Both the position numbers and the translations under genes were made by a program. A DNA stretch of 64,000 nucleotides from an uncultured Ruminococcus sp. (GTDB lineage Bacteria > Bacillota > Clostridia > Oscillospirales > CAG-272). The stretch spans positions 40,493-104,492 of the forward strand of contig CAZXVF010000001.1 of NCBI GenBank assembly GCA_964644445.1. Direction: 5' to 3'. Of the stretch, positions 56,577 to 64,000 are shown piece after piece; positions within the stretch are counted from its first letter, which is position 1, and every line of letters begins with the position of its first letter. The notes below the pieces were generated by a model. That model saw only the letters and a list, made by a program, of their open reading frames with translations, searched no databases and was not told the DNA's origin.

Positions 56577-57944
56577 TTATCTTTTGTCGATCAGCATGTT
56601 GATAATGCGATCTAAGTTTATCTTTCGTGATGCTTTGGCCAAGAGCAGTTCACGCGGTTGCATTGCTTTCAATATGTGAGCGGCGGTAATCTCTGGAAGA
56701 CTCAAATTTTCGTTTGTAAAAATTCTTTTGGCAGGGAAGCCGGCGGATATTGCACTTATACGTATATCGTTTGCGTAACTTCCTATCAAGAATAAATTAT
56801 CAAATCCGTAATCTGCAATTTCGATACCGATTTTTGTGTGTATTTCTTTGCTTTTATTTCCAAGCTCCAGCATATCGCCCAGCAAAATACTTTTTCCGGA
56901 GTATCCGTTTAAATCATGCAAATAGTTCATAGAAGCAATGACGGATTCCGCTGAAGCATTATATGCATCGTCAAGTATATCAAATCCGTACGGAGTAGAT
57001 TTTATTCTATGCCTGTAGGTGCTATCATTGATTTTTCTAACACCTGTAACTATATGTTTCATCGGTATGCTTAATTCCAAGGCAACAGAAACGGCAGCGC
57101 TCAAGCATTCATATAAGTGATATCCGGGGAAATTAATATCGATTATAGTAATAAGCTCGTGAGATTTGTATATTTCCAGTAAGCCAAAGCGGTTTTTAGA
57201 GACCGTAAAATCACTTATTGATGAATATGCGGAAAATGTTTTTGTATTAGCGTATCCGGAGAGAATAGCTTCTTGTTCTCGCGGAACCAGCAATGTACCT
57301 GTGAGCCCGGTAACGATTTCAAGTTTTGCTGAGGCTATTTTTTTTATGCTTCCCAGATTACCTATATGAGCTGTCCCGATTTTTGTTATAACTGCAATAT
57401 CAGGTTCAACGGCATATGATAGTTCACGTATTTCATCGAGGTGGTTCATACCTAATTCGCATATCAAGATTTCGGTATCTCTAGGAGCAGACAATACTGT
57501 GAGAGGGACGCCTATCTCATTATTAAAATTTCCCCTATTAGCATGAATTTTATAACGCTCGCTCAACAATATTCTTAAAAATTCTTTCGTCGTTGTTTTT
57601 CCCACGCTTCCGGTTATTCCTACAGTGTGTGCCAATACGGGAAGACGACTTTTGTAAAATTTAGCAAAATCAAGCAAAGCTTTTTTTCCGCTGACTACCT
57701 TTATTCCGAATATATTAACCCCTTCGCCGATAGGTATTGCCCCTCTTGAAGTAGCATCGTTTATATAGTCGTTTCCGTCATACCGTGTTCCTTTTATTGC
57801 GAAAAAAGCATCTCCTATCACACATTCGCGGCTGTCCGTACATATAGCATTAATAATTGCGTGATTTATCTTCCCGTAAAATACACCGCCGACTGCCGAA
57901 AGCACGTCTAAAAAATCTTGAGGAACAGAGAGCAGAATGCGCAT
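56577..57944 (-). CDS. murF: UDP-N-acetylmuramoyl-tripeptide--D-alanyl-D-alanine ligase
   Basis: 455 aa. The Mur ligase P-loop is GITGSVGKTTTKE, and DDAYNAS is present. Confidence 0.9.
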   Translation of the reverse strand: MRILLSVPQDFLDVLSAVGGVFYGKINHAIINAICTDSRECVIGDAFFAIKGTRYDGNDYINDATSRGAIPIGEGVNIFGIKVVSGKKALLDFAKFYKSRLPVLAHTVGITGSVGKTTTKEFLRILLSERYKIHANRGNFNNEIGVPLTVLSAPRDTEILICELGMNHLDEIRELSYAVEPDIAVITKIGTAHIGNLGSIKKIASAKLEIVTGLTGTLLVPREQEAILSGYANTKTFSAYSSISDFTVSKNRFGLLEIYKSHELITIIDINFPGYHLYECLSAAVSVALELSIPMKHIVTGVRKINDSTYRHRIKSTPYGFDILDDAYNASAESVIASMNYLHDLNGYSGKSILLGDMLELGNKSKEIHTKIGIEIADYGFDNLFLIGSYANDIRISAISAGFPAKRIFTNENLSLPEITAAHILKAMQPRELLLAKASRKINLDRIINMLIDKR

Positions 57945-57945
57945 G

Positions 57946-59385
57946 TTAAGAGATATCGTATTTTTTGGCTTTTAATGCAGCGTATACTATTTGCTCTTCA
58001 TTAAAATCTATATATTTTCCGTTTTCTATCAAGTATTTTTCCGGTCCTTTTCCCACTATCGCGACTATATCTCCCACATTTGCTTCGTTTATGGCGTATT
58101 TTATTGCTTCATCACGTTGCGGAATTATTGTAGGGGGACGGTGCATACACGAAGCTATATCTCTGATTATTTTTATCGGATTTTCTCCTCTCGGATTATC
58201 TGATGTTAATATAGTCTTGTTTGCAAAGTTTTCTGCATATGCTCCCATAAAGTATCTTTTGTATTTATCGCGCTCTCCGCCGCAGCCAAATACTAAAATA
58301 ATATTCTGCTCTGGTTTTTTACTTAAAAACAAACTTTTCAAAAAAGACTTAAATGCAAATTCGGTGTGAGCATAATCTATTATAACGGTGATTCTATCTT
58401 TAATTACATTGTATCTGCCGTCAATGCTTTTAATGCTTTCTACGAATTTCTTTGCCTCTCTCACGCTAACGCCAAGCTTTTCGGCGGCACGAATGGCCAA
58501 TGCGGTATTATATACGTTGTAAATTCCCGGGAACTGTAAAAATATCTTTTCTTTGTTTTTCTCAGTTAGATAAGTGAAATTTTCTCCTTCAAATCCCAGA
58601 TCGCTTATATCCTTAATCTGTACTGTGTTATAGCTTTTTGTCCCTACTGTGTCTGTGTTACAAAATTCGGAAGCCAGGATCGAACCGTATTCATCATCGG
58701 AATTCACAATGCTAAATTTAGTTTTATAAAAAAGTCTTTTCTTTGCATTAAAGTACTCGCTCATGGTTTTGTGGTAATCAAGGTGTTCGCGTGACATATT
58801 CGTAAATACGCATAATTCAAATTCGATAGGTGATACCCTTTCTTGCACCAGAGCGTGACTGGATATTTCCATAATTATAACCTTGATACCCGCCTTCTGC
58901 ATTTTTGCTATATATGGATATAATATATCCGGAGTAGGAGTAGTCATAGAATAGTTTTTGGGAGCAATATTAACGCCTCCCATATATATTGTCCCAGTTC
59001 CGAAGAGTCCTACTTGGAGATTTTCGCCCTCAAGTATCGTTTTCAAAATCAAAGATGTCGTGCTTTTTCCGTTAGTTCCGGTTACACCTATAAATTTGAC
59101 GTCGGATAAATTATCGCAATAGAATTTTTTGTATGCGACTGACAGTGATCTTCGAACGTTTTTTACTTTGATTTTTATAATATTTGCTTTTTCTTGGATA
59201 TTTCCTTCGTAAATAATTGCTGCCGCATTAACAGCATTATTAGTAAATTCTTGTTCGGCGCGCACATTTACCAAGAAAAGCAGGGAATTTTCGTTTGATT
59301 CACTAATGCTACACGTTATGTTTTCAATTTCGGTATCCGTTAAATTTTGTGGAAAATCGGTGTCGAGAAGATATGATAATTTCAA
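57946..59385 (-). CDS. murE: UDP-N-acetylmuramoyl-L-alanyl-D-glutamate--2,6-diaminopimelate ligase
   Basis: 479 aa. It has GVTGTNGKSTT and a DNPR motif (TSDNPRGENP), which indicates meso-DAP specificity. Confidence 0.9.
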   Translation of the reverse strand: MKLSYLLDTDFPQNLTDTEIENITCSISESNENSLLFLVNVRAEQEFTNNAVNAAAIIYEGNIQEKANIIKIKVKNVRRSLSVAYKKFYCDNLSDVKFIGVTGTNGKSTTSLILKTILEGENLQVGLFGTGTIYMGGVNIAPKNYSMTTPTPDILYPYIAKMQKAGIKVIIMEISSHALVQERVSPIEFELCVFTNMSREHLDYHKTMSEYFNAKKRLFYKTKFSIVNSDDEYGSILASEFCNTDTVGTKSYNTVQIKDISDLGFEGENFTYLTEKNKEKIFLQFPGIYNVYNTALAIRAAEKLGVSVREAKKFVESIKSIDGRYNVIKDRITVIIDYAHTEFAFKSFLKSLFLSKKPEQNIILVFGCGGERDKYKRYFMGAYAENFANKTILTSDNPRGENPIKIIRDIASCMHRPPTIIPQRDEAIKYAINEANVGDIVAIVGKGPEKYLIENGKYIDFNEEQIVYAALKAKKYDIS

Positions 59386-61628
59386 TCTTCGAAATCCTCC
59401 TTTATCGCTCGTATGGAAACTGTTTCACCTATATCGACAAGAATTCCCGTTGGAAGAGATTGTTCCACGACTTTATAACCCAATCCGTTTATTTTTGTTA
59501 CATTTCCCATAATCCTTACGGTTAATCCGGCATTCGTAAGAGATGATATTGCATCCTTGAGTGTCAGTCCGGTTACCGAAGGAACTCGCGTCGATTTTAC
59601 CGAATCTTCGGTGTATAGCACTATTTCGTTTAATTTGTATTGTATGGTTTCATTTGCTGCAGGGATTTGTCTGATAACTCTTTCTCCCTCGCCGACAATT
59701 TCATATTTAATTTTAGATTTGTTTAGTGCATGGGTAGCTTCTTCTACGGTCATTCCTACGTAGTTTTCAACTTGATACGAAATTTCCGTACCGTTAAACT
59801 TAAACTCCATGTAAGGTAGTATTTTTTCATAAAGCTTTGATACGTACGGAGCGGCTATGACACTGCCGTATTTTACTTGACTGGTTGGTTCGTCAACCAC
59901 TATGATCATAGAAATTCCCGCGTCTTCGTTCAAAGCGAAAGCTACGGTTGAACCTATTCTTAGGTAAGATCTTCCGTTTTCATCAAGAATGTCGAATTTT
60001 TCGGACGTGCCGGTTTTTGCAGCAATATCGTATCCGAATACTCCGGCGTTTTTTGCGCCGCCATCACCGTTTACACCGTCAATCAGCATTTGTGATACCG
60101 TATTTGCGACTTCTTCGGACACTACCTGATTTTTTATTACCGTCGTGTGCTTGGAGACCAAGTTGCCGTTGCTATCTAAGATTTTATCAACGACGTAAGG
60201 TGTGACTAGTTTTCCTCCGTTTGCTATGGCGGAAATCGCAGTAAGATGATTAATTACCGAAACCTTAAATCTTTGCCCAAATGATGCCGTTGCCAGCTCT
60301 GTCGATCCTATATTTTCCTTTTGATGGAATATAGTCCCTGCTTCTCCTGGAAGATCGATTCCCGTTTTTTCAAAATATCCGAATTTTTCTACATATGAAT
60401 AGAAATCGTTAGCCCCCAATCTTTCGGAAACCGATATCATACATGGATTACAAGACATTTGAAGTCCATAGGCCAATGAGAATCCGCTTCCGTGCCCCGT
60501 GGTTTTGTGGCACTTGATTTTATATCCTCCGACTTCTTTATATCCGGAGCAGCTAAACGTATCGTTTGCGCTTACCGCTCCTGCATCTAAAGCGGAGCTG
60601 ACAGTAATTATTTTAAAAGTCGATCCGGGCTCGTATGTTTCGCTGATTGTCTTGTTGGACCACATGATCTGCAGCAATTCGTTTTTGTATTCGGTGTATT
60701 CTTTGCTTCCTTTGATAAAACCGCTTTCATCCAATTTGTTTTGCGAGACGGTATCCAATTCAAACGGGGAATTGGGGTTAAACGGAGTAGACGTTGCCAT
60801 GCCTAGGATAGCTCCGTTTTTTGTATTCATGACGATTCCGCAAACGCGATTCTCAACTCCGTGATTCACTCTTATCGTTTCTATTACAGATTCCAATTCG
60901 GCTTGAATATATGAGTCTATAGTAGTAACTAAACTGTATCCGTCTTCCGCGGGGAAGTATGATGAATATTCATCGTCTAAGGTATTTCCTCCGGCATCTT
61001 TAGCATAAGCATAATATCCGTCTTCTCCACTTAAAATATCATCGTAATAGTATTCAAGACCGAAGAGTCCTTGATTATCGCTTCCAACAAATCCAAGTGT
61101 GTGAGCAAGTAAAGTTTCTTCCGGATAATATCTGGTCGTCTGTGCCTCGCAAAATATCATTTTTTCAAGAGAGTTGTTTTGTATAAGCTGTAATACTTCT
61201 TTATATTCGTGTTCGTTCGCAGCAGCTTTTATAGTTATATCAAGAACCTTTGTATTGGTAATTTTATTGTAAAGCGTCGTAGAATCGTATCCGAATACTG
61301 ATGACAATCCTTCTGCTATTATCAATCCGTAATTTTTGGAATCTGTTTTTTCGTAAAATTTTATGTCACGAGGTGAAACGAAAATACGGTAATTCGTTAT
61401 GTTCGTTGCCAATACGTTCATGTTAGAATCGTATATTTCGCCGCGTTTCGCCTTAAGCAGAGAAGTCGTGGTTACCTGATCATACGATTTGTTTTTATAA
61501 TAATCGTGCTTTAGTACGCTTAAATTAAATATGTTGTATAGTAGATAAACGGAAAAAGACGTGAAAATAAGTAAGAGCGCGATTATTCTTTGCCTCGTTG
61601 TTTCTCTGATTCTTTCTTTGCTGTGCAT
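59382..61628 (-). CDS. ftsI: Class B penicillin-binding protein (FtsI/PBP2B/SpoVD type) with two C-terminal PASTA domains
   Basis: 748 aa. It has an N-terminal TM anchor and transpeptidase motifs STFK, SCN (SxN) and KTGT. Two PASTA-like repeats sit at the C-terminus. The stop overlaps the murE start. Confidence 0.85.
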   Translation of the reverse strand: MHSKERIRETTRQRIIALLLIFTSFSVYLLYNIFNLSVLKHDYYKNKSYDQVTTTSLLKAKRGEIYDSNMNVLATNITNYRIFVSPRDIKFYEKTDSKNYGLIIAEGLSSVFGYDSTTLYNKITNTKVLDITIKAAANEHEYKEVLQLIQNNSLEKMIFCEAQTTRYYPEETLLAHTLGFVGSDNQGLFGLEYYYDDILSGEDGYYAYAKDAGGNTLDDEYSSYFPAEDGYSLVTTIDSYIQAELESVIETIRVNHGVENRVCGIVMNTKNGAILGMATSTPFNPNSPFELDTVSQNKLDESGFIKGSKEYTEYKNELLQIMWSNKTISETYEPGSTFKIITVSSALDAGAVSANDTFSCSGYKEVGGYKIKCHKTTGHGSGFSLAYGLQMSCNPCMISVSERLGANDFYSYVEKFGYFEKTGIDLPGEAGTIFHQKENIGSTELATASFGQRFKVSVINHLTAISAIANGGKLVTPYVVDKILDSNGNLVSKHTTVIKNQVVSEEVANTVSQMLIDGVNGDGGAKNAGVFGYDIAAKTGTSEKFDILDENGRSYLRIGSTVAFALNEDAGISMIIVVDEPTSQVKYGSVIAAPYVSKLYEKILPYMEFKFNGTEISYQVENYVGMTVEEATHALNKSKIKYEIVGEGERVIRQIPAANETIQYKLNEIVLYTEDSVKSTRVPSVTGLTLKDAISSLTNAGLTVRIMGNVTKINGLGYKVVEQSLPTGILVDIGETVSIRAIKEDFED

Positions 61629-61640
61629 TTGACGTCTCCG

Positions 61641-61673
61641 AAAATAAAAAATAGTGATAGCCTACGCTACCAC
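61641..61673 (-). terminator. Intrinsic terminator or attenuator hairpin immediately upstream of the PBP gene RBS
   Basis: On the minus strand: GTGGTAGC, GTAG loop, GCTATCAC (8 bp with one G-U), followed by TATTTTTTATTTT. GGAG, 7 nt and the ATG of the PBP gene come next. Confidence 0.6.
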
Positions 61674-61817
61674 TACAATAATATTATTATGTTTCGAATT
61701 TTATGAAAAAATGCTAAATAAAGCTTTGCAAAAACCGTGTAGTACCGGTCAAAATCTCAAAAAGGCATAACTATGGCACTACATGGTTTTTGAAAAAGAG
61801 GGTTAATATGATGAAAA

Positions 61818-62249
61818 TCAGAAAATATCGTTATGATATTCAACTGCGTTTTCGATATAATAATCGGTCATGCTCACGTTTTCGAGCATTTCGTTATTAT
61901 GCTTCTGTGATCCCATTCCGACTACGGCAATTGAAAAAACAAGTGCGCAGCATGCGACCGCCGAAAGAAGAGCGGAAGCCGATGCTCTAAAAGGGAAAGC
62001 GCGTATAGTCTTGTCTTTTACGGGCGGTTCTTTCACCGTAAGCTTATCACTTACATACGAAGCCATAAGTGCAAGCGCTCTTTCGCCCGCACCTGCGTAC
62101 GTCCTTGCTTCTATGGGAAGAGACGCTTCGTTTTTTTCTTTTTTGGCTTGCATTAGCATATACTCGCCCAAATTGAATTCGTGACCGTTATCGACAACTG
62201 TAAGACGCTCTTTTATATTGTTATATAACTTTTCATATGTGTTATTCAT
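61818..62249 (-). CDS. Hypothetical membrane-anchored protein in the ftsL position of the dcw cluster
   Basis: 143 aa with a GGAG RBS. A single predicted TM helix lies near the C-terminus (ASALLSAVACCALVFSIAVVG), with only about 24 residues beyond it. The topology is unlike canonical FtsL. Confidence 0.5.
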   Translation of the reverse strand: MNNTYEKLYNNIKERLTVVDNGHEFNLGEYMLMQAKKEKNEASLPIEARTYAGAGERALALMASYVSDKLTVKEPPVKDKTIRAFPFRASASALLSAVACCALVFSIAVVGMGSQKHNNEMLENVSMTDYYIENAVEYHNDIF

Positions 62250-62261
62250 AAATAATCTCCT

Positions 62262-63206
62262 TTAAATTTTTTCGGCAACCCTCAGCTTGGCGCTCCTGGA
62301 ACGCGGATTACTGTCAAGCTCTTCCTGTGAGGGTAGTATAGGCTTTTTGAAAACCTCTTTAATCGTTGGTTTATTGCCGCAAATGCATACGGGGAAATCC
62401 TTAGGGCAGGTGCATCCTTTTGCAAGCGATCTGTACGTTTGTTTGACTATTCTGTCTTCCAGTGAATGGAAAGAAATGATTGCTATTCTTCCGGACGGCA
62501 GTAGAGAAGAGGATGCTTCTCTAATAAGCGGTTCGATCGCATCCAGCTCAGAATTAACTTCGATTCTTATTGCCTGAAACGTTCTTTTTGCCGGGTGCGG
62601 TCCGTCCTGCCTTGCCGACGCAGGTATAGCTGATTTGATTATATCCGATAACTCGTGAGTTGTTTTTATGTGAGATTCCCTCCGTTCGCGGCAAATTGCC
62701 GATGCGATTCGAGAGGCAAATCTTTCTTCACCGTAGTTGTATATTATTTCTTTTAACTCTTCTTCTTCGTAAGTGTTTACGACGTCATAAGCTGAAAGCG
62801 GGGAATCTGTATCCATACGCATGTCCAACGGAGCATCGTGCATATAACTGAATCCTCTTTCTGGAGTATCGAATTGATATGAACTACATCCCAAATCAGC
62901 GAGAACTCCGCCTAAATTTTCAATTTTCATTTCTCTTACGACTCTTCCCAGAGAAGAGAAGTTATCATTTATGAACGTTACTTGCTGAGAGTAATCCTTT
63001 AGGCGCTCATTCGCGGCAGCAATCGCCGTTTTATCTCTGTCAAAGCATATAAGTCTGGAGTTTTTTCCCATTCTCTTGGCAATTTCCAGTGAGTGACCTC
63101 CACCTCCCGCGGTACAGTCGATATATGTAAATCCGTCTCGAATATTAAGCGCCTCTATGCACTCAAAAAGAAGAACTGACGTATGTGAAAAAATTACATT
63201 TGACAT
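62262..63206 (-). CDS. rsmH: 16S rRNA (cytosine1402-N4)-methyltransferase
   Basis: 314 aa. It has [33 protein letters not shown] and [10 protein letters not shown]. Confidence 0.9.
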   Translation of the reverse strand: MSNVIFSHTSVLLFECIEALNIRDGFTYIDCTAGGGGHSLEIAKRMGKNSRLICFDRDKTAIAAANERLKDYSQQVTFINDNFSSLGRVVREMKIENLGGVLADLGCSSYQFDTPERGFSYMHDAPLDMRMDTDSPLSAYDVVNTYEEEELKEIIYNYGEERFASRIASAICRERRESHIKTTHELSDIIKSAIPASARQDGPHPAKRTFQAIRIEVNSELDAIEPLIREASSSLLPSGRIAIISFHSLEDRIVKQTYRSLAKGCTCPKDFPVCICGNKPTIKEVFKKPILPSQEELDSNPRSRSAKLRVAEKI

Positions 63207-63225
63207 AGCTTGTCCTTTCAGGATT

Positions 63226-63648
63226 TTAGAGTCCGAATTGACGCATAATTTCCTTCATGTTTTCCGGTTTCAGTGAAGCTTCGCGTTCATTCCACTTTTC
63301 TTCAGACCAAATCCTGATTTGATTTCCGGCACCGACGAATACGATATTTTTAATTATTTCAGCATGCTTCAAGAGCCTGTTTTCAAGTACAATTCTTCCA
63401 TTTGCATCCGGTGTGCATCTTTGCGCACCTCCAATCAGAAAATCTTGCAGTGAGGCCGCTTCCGACTCCGGCAAGCTTTCTATTTTTTTTACGTATTCTT
63501 CCCATTCGCGGGCTGTATAAACAGACAGATAAGGATCTGCTTTTCTTGTGATGTAAAATTCGCCACCTAATTCTTCACGAAACTTAGAGGGGATGAATAC
63601 GCGATTTTTACTGTCAATTGAATGATTATAAGTGCCGACAAACTGCAT
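63226..63648 (-). CDS. mraZ: Transcriptional regulator MraZ
   Basis: 140 aa. [24 protein letters not shown] and a second GRIVL-containing SpoVT/AbrB-like repeat are present. Confidence 0.9.
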   Translation of the reverse strand: MQFVGTYNHSIDSKNRVFIPSKFREELGGEFYITRKADPYLSVYTAREWEEYVKKIESLPESEAASLQDFLIGGAQRCTPDANGRIVLENRLLKHAEIIKNIVFVGAGNQIRIWSEEKWNEREASLKPENMKEIMRQFGL

Positions 63649-63704
63649 ATAACGCTCCTCCTCACTCGTAAAATAGGTTTTTTGTGTAATATTACAGGGA
63701 TTTT

Positions 63705-63769
63705 GCTACAATTTGCTCCACAAACCCCCACTTCGCATTTATTATAATACACTAAAACAAAAAAATCAA
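63705..63769 (-). promoter_or_regulatory. dcw (mraZ) promoter with downstream MraZ-box-like direct repeats
   Basis: On the minus strand: TTGATT (63769..63764), 17 nt, TATAAT (63746..63741). GTGGG (63731..63727), GTGGA (63721..63717) and GTAGC (63709..63705) follow at 10- and 12-nt spacing, which resembles MraZ operator repeats. Confidence 0.5.
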
Positions 63770-63926
63770 TAGTTTTTTCGAAAAAAATTAAAAATTATTA
63801 AAAAAATCTGATTTTTTTGGAAAACACTTCCCAAAAAGCCGGTTTTATGATACAATATATGTGTATTTTACGAATGAAAATCGATGCATTAGTAAGGAAA
63901 TCCTCTCTTTGGAGAAACGGTGTTTT

Positions 63927-64000
63927 ATGAAGAAGTCGGATAAATTATTTACAACAGCCATTATTTTAGCGGCGGGAGACGGAGAACGGTTCGGTGGCGA
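63927..64000 (+). CDS. Nucleotidyltransferase (IspD/MobA-like NTP-transferase fold). Only the 5' end lies in the window.
   Basis: MKKSDKLFTTAIILAAGDGERFGG... matches the N-terminal (I/L)xAAGxGxR(F/M)G signature of sugar-phosphate cytidylyl/nucleotidyl transferases. Only 24 codons are visible. Confidence 0.45.
   Translation, partial: MKKSDKLFTTAIILAAGDGERFGG

Overview
The window is a chromosomal segment from a low-GC Firmicute. It looks like a Clostridia-type spore former: yabP/yabQ, a SpoVE/FtsW-type protein, a PBP with PASTA domains, and IspH-S1 and GlgCD architectures. Coding density is high and most genes are housekeeping. In order: potA (partial), an M50 protease, a BirA-like ligase, proS, an aminotransferase, hslO, a PPi-type PFK, SAM-I riboswitch plus metK, ispH-rpsA fusion, cmk-plsC fusion, cdaA, recJ, rel, dtd, hemZ-like, yabM/hup/yabO/yabP/yabQ, the glgBCDAP glycogen operon, aroK, recD2, an mreB-like gene, and a compact dcw cluster on the minus strand (mraZ-rsmH-x-PBP-murE-murF-mraY-ftsW-murG-ftsZ). 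The only clearly accessory part is about 6.1-14.2 kb. It holds an AT-rich islet with a TetR regulator and an orphan 66-aa gene, a YitT membrane protein, and a three-gene operon: a TerB_N/TerB_C protein, a P-loop ATPase and an Lhr-like SF2 helicase. That operon matches the Shango-type anti-phage architecture. Here its last gene overlaps the start of a SAM methyltransferase by 4 bp (ATGA), with hslO following. Other points worth a second look are murG, which can only start at ATT (perfect SD, in frame with ftsW across a single TAA); an intrinsic terminator directly upstream of the PBP RBS inside the dcw operon; a 52-aa stub where cdaR is expected; the cmk-plsC fusion; and repeat-bearing noncoding DNA flanking ftsZ. 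I saw no rRNA, tRNA, CRISPR array, transposase or integrase. All calls come from reading the sequence and recalled family motifs. No searches were run.
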